Shown piece after piece: positions 10,613-21,991 of a stretch of DNA of 33,113 nucleotides (position 1 is the stretch's first letter; each line of letters begins with the position of its first letter). The stretch spans positions 1 to 33,113 of the forward strand of contig JAUCBJ010006527.1 of the NCBI GenBank assembly GCA_032718475.1, given 5' to 3'. The stretch comes from Nemertoderma westbladi. Its lineage: Eukaryota; Animalia; Xenacoelomorpha. The notes under the pieces were generated by a model, which saw only the letters and a program-made list of their open reading frames with translations, searched no databases and had not been told where the DNA came from. The position numbers and the translations under genes are program-made.

Positions 10613-12099
10613 CCCTATTAAACCCGGGGGGGGGGGGGTCAATATGACCCTCCCCCCGGGGTTTTTTTATTATAATTCAGAAACAAACGCAGTTGGGAAT
10701 CTGAAATTTTCCTAAAAATCTATTGTCTTCCTAGTAGTGAAAACCGTTTTCAAAAATATTGGGTAGTTTTCGAGTTATAGCACCATTTTTTAACCCTACT
10801 TTTGGCACTTTTTTTGAGACATTTTTTGAAAATTACATTTCATTAAATATTAATTGTAACATCTCTATTTTTGATTTACACCGGTTTTTTGGTGTTAGCA
10901 ATTGGATGGAATTCATATAAATTGATTTAGAAATTTCAAACTTGTTTTTTTCGGCGGGTGCCAAATTTTGGTGCCAGCACCAAATTTTGAAACATGTCAA
11001 TTTTGTAAATTGATTGTTTGAAACTTGTTTTTTACGCAATTGGGGTTTTTTGGGGTTCTGGTTTCGATGAAATATATACGAGTTGCACCAAGCGTATCAA
11101 ACTTGTATTTGAAAATCCATTCAATAGATAAAATTGCTTGTGACAATTTATTTCTTGCATTTTAGAGATTTATGGCTGTTCTGAATTCAATGGAATATAT
11201 AATTATCGATCTAGACATCTCAAACTTGTATTTTTCGGAAGTGGGTGCAAAATGTGGTGCTAGCACCAAATTTTAAAAACCATCAAATATATCAATTGAT
11301 TGTGTCATCTTGTTTCTTGCGTTATACGGGTTTGTTAGGGTTCTGAATTCAATGGAATCAGTAAAAATTTCATAAGAGTTTTCAAACTTGTATTTTTCGC
11401 CTGTGGGTGAAAATTGTTGTTTTGCACCAAATTTTGGAAAATGAGTAAATTGATCAGTAGATAGTATCATCTTGTTTCTTGCATTATACGGGTTTATGAG
11501 GGTCCTGAATCCGATGGAATCAATAAAAACAGCACGGGACATTGTACTTTTTGGTGATGGGTACGAAATTTGGTGCTAGCACCAAAATTTGCCAAATTAC
11601 GCCGAAAAATACAAGTAGCAATGATCTGGCATATTTGAAATGTATTCCATTAGAATCAGCGCCCTAGAAAACCTAAAAATGTGAATTTATAGCATCGTAT
11701 AATTGAATTAAAAATTTTGTGTTCTAACTGAAAAGTGCTGGTTACTTGTTTTTTTCATTCCATTTATGGTAATCATATCATTTTTAAATATTTTCCAATG
11801 TATTTTGCGTCCCAGAAAACCTGTATTGAAAAACAATTAGCCGAAAAATGTAACTTTCAAATTTTGTGAAAATTGTGCACTACTTGTAATTTTGGTGCTG
11901 CAATATTACCACCCCAGTACATTTTTTCGAAAAACTTTTTTTTCGGTCGGATCCAGACAAGTGATACCTACGTACAAACAAAAAATCAGACGTTTTCGTT
12001 AATATTTGTAGATTTTAGAGGGACGGGTCAATATGACCCCCCCCCCCCCCCCCCCCCCCCGGTATTTGTACAGTATTTTATAGCCCGGTACTAATAGGG
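10613..12099. mobile_element. Non-autonomous piggyBac-type DNA transposon
   Basis: TTAA on both sides (10609-10612, 12100-12103); imperfect TIR CCCTATTAAACCCGGG vs CCCTATTAGTACCGGG; GGGTCAATATGACCC near both ends; internal tandem subunits; no transposase. Confidence 0.9.
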
Positions 12100-12439
12100 T
12101 TAAAGTCGTAGCCCTAGCACCCGCAACTTTCATTCATTCACTTTTCCACGATTTTAATCTTGAGATCTCTTTTAAGTTATTTTCCTCCTTCCTGCCATTA
12201 CTGTATTATACAGTTAAAGATAAGTGATTACAGATTAAGAGTCGTATTACAACAGTACCGGTCACCCAGTTGCAGGTAGTTAGTATCCATACTCATACAG
12301 TCCTGTTGTATTGTCCGGCTACTGCTGTACTTGACTAACGGTAGACCAAGCATAACACATAACAACAACATCATAAGTAAGTAAATGTTAATAGTGTTGA
12401 TAGTACAGGAACAGAGTAGAACTGTAATACAGTAAAGTA

Positions 12440-12760
12440 ATGTGTACCGGTAATGTATTGAATACATCCCCGACTTCAAACGTAGGTCGTTTACATGGTT
12501 CCGTACCTTTTCACATTCTCTGCGTAGCGAGAGGGGAAGGTGGACTCGTACGCCACCCAGCGAGCGAGTATGTTCTTGCGATCTCACCACAGTACAAAAC
12601 GAGGAACATGTTTTGGTTAATTGCCCTATAACTAGAAAATTACGCGAAAGGTTCGGTCTCACTAAATTCAGCTCTGTGAACGCCCTTTTCGATGGTGCAG
12701 CACATCATACGTTATGTTCATTCTGTTTTGAAGTGGAAAAAATATTCCCGTAGGTAGTAA
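12440..12760 (+). mobile_element. LINE 3' end with C-terminal CCHC zinc finger
   Basis: YIPDFKRRSFTWFRTFSHSLRSERGRWTRTPPSERVCSCDLTTVQNEEHVLVNCP. Confidence 0.8.
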
Positions 12761-12989
12761 GTGAGACAATTAAATGTACATATTTTGAAATTTACATACA
12801 CTTTTCTAAGAAATATATGGAAGTAATATTATTTTGGACAATTATTGTTATGTTATAGTCATTTGTAATTTGTATTTCGAATTTATGAGTTGCCCTTATT
12901 AGTTGATTGTTATTGTGCCCGTGCTATTTGTGAAATATTTGTCAATAAATTTATATATATATATTAGTCTAGTCTGCTGTAAGTGTGAT

Positions 12990-14283
12990 GTGGTGGGATG
13001 TGGTGGTAACGCGTGGTCCGCTGTACGGGTACTACCCATCCAAGTGCCACCTGACGGTGAAGCCGGAGAAACTGGCGGAAGCGGAGGATATATTCGCAGG
13101 AACCAGGATTGCCTTCTCCGCAGCGGGGAACATACTCATCAGCAGTGTGGTGGGGTCTGACGAGTACCACCAGGCCTACATCACCTCCAAGGTCGAGGAG
13201 TTTGTTGCCGAGGTCGACCGACTCGGCGACATCGACCCCCACTGCGCCTACTCTAACCTGGCGCTGGGGTTGTCCTGTCGCTGGTGGTTCCTCGCGAGGG
13301 TGGTCCCGGACACCGCCCTCCACTTCGATGACCTTGAAGGCGCAGTTCTGTGATGTCTGTGCAAGATCGCCGACCGCTCCTCGATCCCAGACCATGAACA
13401 CCAGCTCCTCTCTCTACCCATAAGGAATGGCGGTTTGGGTATCCCTCTCACCTCAGACCTCACCAACCAGTTCGCAAACTCTGCCGGGTCTGTGAACCAC
13501 TAGAGGGGGCGGCAGCGGAGACCATGTAAAATGTCAGGGAGGATCAGAACCATATCACTAATCTGGTGAAGGCTGAATCCTTCGTGGTGTCTAAGACCAA
13601 AACAACAGAATTTCATGGTCGGCTGTCAAGAGTCCCAACAGAATCTGAGGGTGTTGTTAGTGTCGGAGAAGGGGGCATCAGCTTGGTTGAACTCGAAACC
13701 AGTCACCCTTCACAAAACTCACCTGTCTAAGGAAGTGTTCCGTGACACTCTGTGTCTGCGCTATGGCTGGCAACCGAAGTCGCTTCCATCTCGTTGTGTC
13801 TGTGGGGAACGATTTTCCCCTTCACACGTCCTGTCGTGCCCCACTGGGGGTTATCCCTCAATACGGCACAACGAGATACACGATTTCGTTGCTGACGCTA
13901 TAACCGAAGTAGCCCACAACGTCGCGGTAGAGCCAACACTCCAGCCTCTGACAGGTGAGGAGTTCACCCACAGATCCACCTCCACAGAAGATCAGGCGAG
14001 GTTGGACGTCTCTGTCAGCGGGTTCTGGGGTGGCCGGTTCGAGAAGACCTACTTTGACGTCCCGGTTTACAACCCTCTAACGGCCACCAACGCCGCCATG
14101 ACCACTGAGGGCGCTTATTCCCACCACGAGGCGCAGAAACGCTTGAAGTACGAGGAGTGCATCCGAGAGGTAGAACTGTCGTCGTTTGTGCCGCTAATAC
14201 TCTCAGCCTTTGGCGGTACGGCACTAGCGATGCAACAGTTCATTAAGCATTTATCGCTTAAACTCTCGGATCGATTCGCCTGA
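12990..14283 (+). mobile_element. 5'-truncated CRE-like non-LTR element with CCHC finger and restriction-like endonuclease
   Basis: W....GPLYGYYP.KCHL.VK; KGASAWL...FRDTLCLRYGW; CVCG..H...C..GG...RH; ARLDVS..GFW...FDV..HEAQKRLKY...FVPLILSAFGG; frameshifts. Confidence 0.9.
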
Positions 14284-14690
14284 CTAAGGCTGATACCAAA
14301 ACCGGCTAGACAGACTGTCAGTGGTCATCATAGGCCTCTAAACAGGCCCTTCTTTCTTTTATGTTTATGTATATAATTATGTTGCTTGGAAACTAGTAAA
14401 TTAAAAGTATACAGTACATAATGATAATGTATATAGTTTTTAAATGTGATGCTTGCCCTAAACGAAAGAAATATAAAAGAGGAATTATCCCACGGAAAAA
14501 AAACTGCAGTAGCAGGCCTAGCTTACGTAGTACTGTAGTACAATTAATAGTACCAGTACAGCAGTACCGTTAGTAAACATCAGTATAGGCTATGTATAAT
14601 GTATAGGCGATGGTAACTGGGATGTGTACAATAACAGAATAGTACAGTAGTGCGATAGCTGATAGGCCATGGCATGGCACATTATTAAAA

Positions 14691-14960
14691 TTCAATTTAT
14701 TTTTCAAATTCAATTTTCAAACACGATTTTTCAATTTTCAAATACAATTTCCGAATTTCAATTGTGATTTTCGATTTTCAAACACGATGTCCGATTTTCA
14801 ATTGTGTTTTTCGATTTTCAATTACGATGTTCGATTTTCAATTCTGCTTTTCGATTTTAACTACGATTTTCAATTTTTAAATACGATGTCTGATTGTCAA
14901 TTGTGATTTTCGATTTTCAAATATTATTTTCAATTTTCAATTGTGATTTTCAATTTCACA
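14691..14960. repeat. Degenerate ~20-bp minisatellite (TTTCGATTTTCAA core)
   Basis: About a dozen tandem units containing GATTTTCAA. Confidence 0.85.
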
Positions 14961-15388
14961 TTTAACACATAAAATATCATATATAAAAATCTATAAAAAA
15001 TACATGATAGCCATGGGCCACCATAGATCTGTCGCCCATTCTTTGACTGATTGGCGGTTTTGTTAAATTTCTTAAATACCGTTTTTGTGTTAAAATCGCT
15101 CAATTTTAATTTGTGTATCATAATAATGATCCACTAACTTTGTACAAAGAATTAAAAAAAAGGAAATGGTTTACGAAATTCTAGAAATATCGGAAAAGTT
15201 TCTGATTAATTGAACGCCATGCTGCGTACAAAGGACCCACAAAAGCAAAAGCTACAAATCAATCCCTGCATATGGAACGATTTTATATTTTGGTAAATAA
15301 TGTTATGCTATTATTATACTTTATGTAATAAACTATCAGCAACAACATTTTCGTTATAAACTTACTGTATGTTAGTGGATTGACTTAC

Positions 15389-15593
15389 GTATTCGTTCAA
15401 ACACTTCCACCTCAGCAATGCTGATAACATTTTCGGAACTGTAGATAGCGACATATCTTCCAGGTTTTCCAAAGCATGAGATATCAATTATAAGTTCATT
15501 GGAATTAATATTTTCACAAGTTGGTTTTTTAATACTAAGAGCCCTCAATTTGGATTCAACCTTGATCCCCCGCAGTTTCTTTGCAACCATCAC
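15389..15593 (-). CDS. Host gene exon 3: C-terminal half of F-type lectin domain
   Basis: Acceptor AATAG|GTG (phase 0), donor C|GTAAGT (phase 1); VMVAKK...TCENI...ISCFGKPGRYVAIYSSENVISIAEVEVFERI matches the FTP 'C..GRYV.I....L...EVEV' ending. Confidence 0.85.
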
Positions 15594-15747
15594 CTATTCA
15601 TTATGAATTTGAAAATCGTATGAAACATGTTCAAAAGTTAGATTCGGATTTAATTGGGATTGGAATGGGGAATTCTCGTTGGAAATTTGGATTCAGGTCC
15701 AATTTGGTGCGGTGGTTTGAGGTTTCAATAAATTATTGCTACTTTAA

Positions 15748-16214
15748 TCCTATTAAACCATCCCCCCCCCCCCCTCCCCCCGTGGTTTTTTTGTTATAAC
15801 CCCGAAACACACGCAGTTGGAAATCTAAAATTGTATTACTTTTCCTAAAAATTTACTGTCATCATAATAGCTAAAAGCGTTTTCAAAAATATTGGGAAGT
15901 TTTCGAGTTATAGCACCTTTTTTTTAACCCTACATTTGGCACTTTTTTTGAGACGTCTTTTGAAAATTACATTTCAATAAATATGATTTGAAACATCTCT
16001 ATTTTTGATTTACACCGGTTTTTTGGTGTTTCAATTATATGGAATTCATATAAAATAATTTAGAAATTTCAAACTTTTTTTTTGGTGGGTGCCAAATTCT
16101 GGTGCCAGCACCAAATTTTGAAATATGTAAATTTTGTAAATTGATTGTTTGAACCTGTTTTTTGCGCAATAGGGGTTATTTAGGATTCTGGTTTCCATGG
16201 AATATATACGAGTT
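15748..16214. mobile_element. Partial second copy of the piggyBac-type element (left end)
   Basis: TTAA-TCCTATTAAACC start; high similarity to 10613-11084. Confidence 0.9.
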
Positions 16215-16577
16215 AAAAAAATACATTTAAATAGATACATTAAATACATAAACAATTATATACTCTATCAACGTTATAATAGTTAGGCTCCCTATAATAT
16301 TAAAGTAATAGTAAACCAATTGACAGTAGGATATCTGACAGTCTGACAAGACTATTAACCGTTATTACATAACCAGCGACTTAAACAAGCTCTGTCCAAT
16401 CACACCACATAATGGCCTTGGACTGCGGCCTCCCACCCAGTTCCCTTCAATAAGATTACTTTACATCACTATATTACATTGGGCTACCTACCTATCTTAC
16501 ATTGCTATATTGAACTCTAGAAAGTAAGGATCACCTCCGGGGACTCCCCTCCTTCACTATTGAAAACGCTTGTATTT

Positions 16578-16612
16578 CCGATCGATTTCGAGCTCTTGGC
16601 TCCTTGTCAAGG
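16578..16612 (-). ncRNA. Minimal hammerhead ribozyme, U3-A8 core variant
   Basis: cc-TTGACAA-ggagc-caaga-gctc-GAAA-TCGA-T-C-gg; GAGC/GCTC stem II, ATCGAT palindromic stem III, UC cleavage site; in the PLE 3' region. Confidence 0.8.
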
Positions 16613-16741
16613 TACTCCATTCAAATTACAAATTAATTATATTTAAAGCATTATTCAGATTCCCACTTATTCCAACTCCCCACACACAACACCAAATGCC
16701 TCTAGCCTCAAACACCAAATATCCCATCCCTGCCCCAAACT

Positions 16742-17014
16742 CGCCTATGCGTATACGGAGAAAATCCAAAATATATACTGTACACCAATTGAAATAGTAT
16801 AAAACACCCCTCACAAAACCCTAAATGGGATGTCCACTTAAATCCTTCGCAGAACTGCCCCCCGTACAAAAACAACAAATGGCTCTAGCTAGCCAGCCAC
16901 AACTTGTCCCTCTGCCAACAACCACGCCTATGCGTATATGCAGAAAACGAAAATATATACTGTACACCAACTTGAATTTGTTATAAAACAGCCCCATTAC
17001 AAAACCTGAATGGG
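16742..17014. repeat. ~90-bp imperfect direct repeat pair in PLE 3' UTR (16742-16829, 16924-17014)
   Basis: CGCCTATGCGTATA...AAAATATATACTGTACACCAA...AATGGG in both copies. Confidence 0.8.
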
Positions 17015-19715
17015 TCTACCTACTCCCCTGCCATCCGTAACGAGAAAATGATCCCAAAAAATATATATATACAGTATGAAATTATTCCTGCTGCACCCCC
17101 CCCCCCCCCCCCCCCCTGCCCCTAACCAACACACTCCGCTCAAAACCCTATTAACTCTCTACACTTGCATACCTACAAGTAGTATGGTCACCTAGAGTGT
17201 AATACTGTATGATGGAAATCGAGCAAATCCTAAATCGTTGGTCTACTCTTATTTAGTATGGGCCGGTATTTGTATATGTAATTGGCCTCCACGTGTATCC
17301 TGTCTGCGTCATCTCTAAAGGACCTAAAAGCAGTAACCCATAGGTCAGATAATTCACACATCCTAAAATGTTCCGCAAGCAACACTTCGTCGTGCTCAGT
17401 GTACTCAGGTACCATCTGGGTTCTAAAAGTATTCAAAACGGACCTATGAGTGTTCATTCTCTCTCTCACACATTGCTCAGTCTGACCAATGTAATATGCA
17501 TCCGGGTGTAGGTTACATGTTATTAAATCCAATACATTAAAGGATGTACAATCAAAAGACCCTGTCACCTTCTCCCCCCATGGTGTTTCCTCCCTGTCCA
17601 AGATCCACGGGCAGGTCAAACACCTCGCCTGCCCGCAAGGCTTGCTGCCAACCTGCCCTCTCGCGCTTCCTAATGAGAAGATTCTCCAACTTAAACCCCC
17701 TCTTCGCTGTCAAACCCACAGACAAATCCCATCGATTGAGAGCCCCCTCGTACTTCCTAACTACGTCCCTAAATACCCCCTTCACTCCCACACTCACAGG
17801 CATAAAAACCCTCTGCTTGCCCCCACCAGCTCCTCCGTTATGACCAGCCTGTCCCAGCCTGGCCCAGCTCTGGACCCCCCGAATGTCATTCAGAAAATCC
17901 AAAGGGTAGGCCCTACCCCATAGCCCAGCAATCGGTGAAATACCTGTCTCTAGCTTTCCCAAACTCCGCCCATCCCCCGGTTAGTCGCCAGAATCTAGTA
18001 ACCTGCCCCTTAACTACACCCTGAAGTACTCTATTATCCTGAAAACTACGGTAGGGTATTGGTAACTTATTTGACAATGGCTTAAAATGCACCACTGTAG
18101 ATATCGATCTATCCCCCCTATTAAAAAGTAAGTCCAAATCTAAAAAAGTCGATTTCACGTTAGGTAAATATTATAGAGTCTTTACCAAACACAATCTCGC
18201 TAGCCCCATTATACTTATCCGTAATTATTAACTGTTTCTCCCTATGAGACAGGACCCTCCCGAATATCCCCTCCCCATCATCCACAAACGTCTTAAAATA
18301 TGTCGCACCAAATAGTGTTATCAACCCTACGTGTTCACACCCGATTGACCGTCAATAATTGACTTCCCCGCTGGCCCCCCCATAGCTAAACCTTTAATCA
18401 ATAAATATAATTTCCCAAAAGCACAAAAATAGGTGTGAGATATAACAAATAATAGTAGTGCATTAATTAATCTGTCCAAAGGTGTATCCCACCGCATCCA
18501 ATATATCAGGGTTCTCGTTGATTGTTGTCGTTATTGCTTGGGTAGCCAGGGAATGGTCAACAGACGGGTACATATCCACCACGTCCAGCGCCATAAAAGT
18601 GATGTCATCGTGCGGTTCCCTCGGCAACTGCCGTCGAGCAGCTGCCGAGTCCAGCACGAAATGGGACATTCTCTCCAATAAGGGTTGGTTGGATAAGTGT
18701 ATTTAGTAACTGAGCTGGTCTCTCTGATATCGTTCCCGTCGCTGATATAATCAATCTCACTTTGGGGACCCTCACACCCCCACCCCCCCCCCCCCCCCCC
18801 CCCCCCCAGTCAATCCATACCGAGGGATCTTTATGGTCCTTAAATAGGGTAAAAACATATCCCAAAGATGGGCGCTTTGCTACAAGGTATTCTCGTATGC
18901 TCTATGCTATGTTCCCGTAGTAGGCGCTTCAGTTGAGCTGTAAACTTGTTCGTTAGGTCGCATGGTAACTCCTCGTATACGGAATCATCCCCCAGGGCCC
19001 TCTTTATTTCCCGCTCCTTTATCCCCGGATCAAGAACAACCACATTACCCATCTTGTCCCCTCGGACGATATCGATAGAATCATCTCGCTTTAATTTCTT
19101 CAGATCTGTGCGTTGACGCGAGTCTAGATTTGATGCTTGCTTCGGTAGCATGGCCACCTTCACCGCCGCACGGTGCAGTTCACTAATAAAAGATTCTAAA
19201 TCGGGGTCGGTACACGGTCATGCTACATACCAAGCTTAAAAGGGAATGGAATAGGGAATATAGTTTAGCACCCCTACAAACGCATCTGGCCCGTCGTTCT
19301 CCGATAGAAACAGGTGCACCCTCACTCCCGGCTTCTCTCATCCCGAATTAAGCGTCAGTTACCTAGACTCTTCCTCGGAGTCTGGTCCCCCCCCCCCCCC
19401 CCCATTCGTGTCGCCCCCACGATGAGGTGTAGATTGGAGAAATCCCATTGTTGCCTCCACTTCCGCTTCGCTGCATGTCATTGACTCCACTGAACAGGTT
19501 CCTCCAGAAAACCATCCGCTATTATCGGCGTTGAGACTTGCGGATATCCCCCTTCCCCGTCTGGGGAAACCGCTGCCCCCCCCCCCCCCCCCCCCCCACC
19601 CTCACTCCCCCTTAGGTCCTCCCGAGACCCCCCTCTATCCCCGTATCCTGCAGATAACGACGAATGCTGCTGTGTGTGGCTCCACCCATGTTGAATGAGA
19701 TAACGGTCCTATCCG

Positions 19716-20012
19716 CCCAACACTAGAAGCAGCATGTTCTAATGAGCTGAGGAGCCGTTGGGCTCCCTCTAATGATTCTGAGAGTACTCCTAAGTCATCA
19801 GCAAAGTCTAGATCAGTTAGGTACTTGGCAGGATTTCCTCGACTTCTGGAGCCAGTAGGTGGAGTTATCATCACCCCATCATCATTATGATGATCTAAGG
19901 ACCTGCGTAGAACATAATCAACCACAATAATGAACACGAATGGTGCAAGTGTGTCTCCTTGGAGGACGCCCCATAACACTTCAAATGGTTCTGTGTCACC
20001 GTCTGACACACA
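19716..20012 (-). mobile_element. RTE RT core fragment nested in the Neptune-type PLE
   Basis: SDGDTEPFEVLWGVLQGDTLAPFVFIIVVDYVLR...LTDLDFADDLGVLSESLEGAQRLLSSLEHAASSVG. Confidence 0.9.
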
Positions 20013-20762
20013 TTGTTCCAGTCGTTCACTTGGATGAAGCGGAGTATGCAGTTATAAGTGTACCCCCAGCAGTTTCTAAAGTGCTGAAGACGCCCAACGT
20101 GCGCGCGCGAACGTACAACTCTCCTATGTCCTGGGTTAGCGCTCCCGTAACGAACGCCTTCGCCAGGTCCCAGTGCTTCCTACACCCTAGGGTATAGATT
20201 TCCTTGAGATAATTCGGTACGAGTTTATCCTTCTTACAGTTCCTAAGAAATTTAAGCATCAACGGTATCCTAATTAATTAGTTAATTAATTAAGTCAGCG
20301 TGTCATTATATTCTAACGTTTAATATTGAACTCTGTCAGACTATTTGAAAACAGGATTCAAAACCTCAATGCTGTTCCCCACTGTACGTACACTGTCCCC
20401 ACAGTGCTAAACAGCAGTGACAATGAGGCGTCTTCCTGCTGTGGTCAATTAGGCTCCCCCTTGCTTCCATTATGTCGAAGTTCCAAGGCCGTATTTACAG
20501 ACTAAGATGGTAGAGATGGGGGGGAGGGGTGGGGTGTATTAGTGGTAATGTGGTTGAGGGCTACACCATTTAGATGGAGTCTTCTTATATTTAGCTAAGT
20601 TAATCTTTCTTTGGCTACCCATATGCCTGGGCTGGGACAATGTGAATCCTATCTGGTGGGGCTGCTCATGTAACTGACATATTTTGCTTTGCTGGAAAGG
20701 CAAAGCATTTTACAGATATTACAGTATTTAATGAAATTTCTCCGGCCCTTTCAACATTTTTT

Positions 20763-20840
20763 CAAGGGGGGGGGGGGGGCGTATAGCCCAATGCCCCCCA
20801 CCCCCCCCCCCCCCCCCTCCCCACCCTAAATCCGCCACTG
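20763..20840 (-). mobile_element. Probable hAT-like MITE terminus (CAGTGGCGGATTTAGGG...)
   Basis: G-rich/C-rich end typical of invertebrate non-autonomous elements; only one end seen. Confidence 0.4.
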
Positions 20841-21318
20841 TGTACGTGATCATGCTTTAGAATATTATCACAATATCACATGATGACACTATCAATATGT
20901 GACAATATCACATGTCATCATGATCATATGATGACTTCACATATAATGGTAGGGCACAAAATAATTATGATTTACTCATTAAAGAAAGTTTTACATAGGC
21001 CACGAAAACGAAATCTTCCTTCCCACTTTATCTGTTCTAATCCCTCCACCAAATATTAGTCGACCTTATAGACGTTAAGGACAAGATTAAAAATTATCTA
21101 AAACTCACAGGATTCCATTAATGCCTTAATCAATCTTCATCATTTAATCATTCATAATCTCAGAACCACTGAAACCAAATCCAATCCTATTTCAAATCCT
21201 ATTTCAAATTCCAAATCCTATAAAACTAGCCTATTGCATTCCGCATTCCTACATTTTTTATTTTATTACTTTATATAAAGGTTAGATAAGAATCCTTTTT
21301 CAGTAGTAGATTGTTTAC

Positions 21319-21581
21319 CTTGAATCCAGTTATTATCTTATCAAACTCCGGGTAGTTGACATCTTCTCTGTTATAAATTCTAACATGAACGATATCCTTT
21401 TTACTTCCAAGATCCACCCACCACCAATTAGGAGCATTGAGATCAGAATGGAATCCGCAATCAGGTGCTGCTCCGAACACCGAGGTCTTTATACCATCAA
21501 CAGCAAATTCCGCTGTACAGCCTTGATAGGATGAGTCACTACCAACACGATTGCCAATAATATCAATCTTGTTTGCTTCAC
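21319..21581 (-). CDS. Host gene exon 2: N-terminal half of F-type lectin (fucolectin/FTP, F5/8-like) domain
   Basis: Acceptor TTTGCAG, donor AAG|GTAAAC; open 263 nt: EANKIDIIGNRVGSDSSYQGCTAEFAVDG...CGFHSDLNAPNWWWVDLGSKKDIVHVRIYNREDVNYPEFDKIITGFK; AVDG, WWxVDLG and H-x26-R-x-D motifs. Confidence 0.9.
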
Positions 21582-21991
21582 CTGCAAATGTAACGTTTAT
21601 GTTAATACATAGTTGAAGAGTTATATTTAATTTATTTTATTTTTTATTTATTATATAGAGTTATTATACATGAAGGGTTTGCTGGTTTTCAATTTTTAAT
21701 TCAAATTTCATTTAGAGAAGAATTTTATCAAAATTTTAAATAAAAAAATCGTTTAGGAAGGTGTCTTTTACTTCTCGTATATGGCTGTCTCTCAGTTTGA
21801 CTTTCCGTCAGTCATTCAGTCTGACTCCAATACAATAGAAAGCATACTACAATTTCCTATTTGTGTTTTCAAAATTTAACCGAGAGCCTCAGGCCAGAAA
21901 GACAGACAGTTTGGAAGCCATTAAATATGAAAACTATCACTCGAAGTGAATTCTGCAACCAGGAAAACCCCCATAACTAAACGCTTAGCTA

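Larger units (their letters stand above)
16400..20270 (-). mobile_element. Decayed Penelope-like element, Neptune-type
   Basis: N-terminal LKFLRNCKKDKLVP; DIVRGDKMGNVVVLD; FMALDVVDMYPSV; KGLAMG; FKTFVDDG; TFLDL; linker CGQARCLTCP; GIY-YIG DCTSFNV..ITC...YYIGQT...RERMNTH..LAEHF; hammerhead in 3' region; many frameshifts. Confidence 0.9.

Noticed and set aside
12228-12662. 144-aa minus ORF and other antisense ORFs over TEs (e.g. 8478, 12964, 22960, 28204)
   Set aside because: They are shadow frames of retroelement coding sequence on the opposite strand
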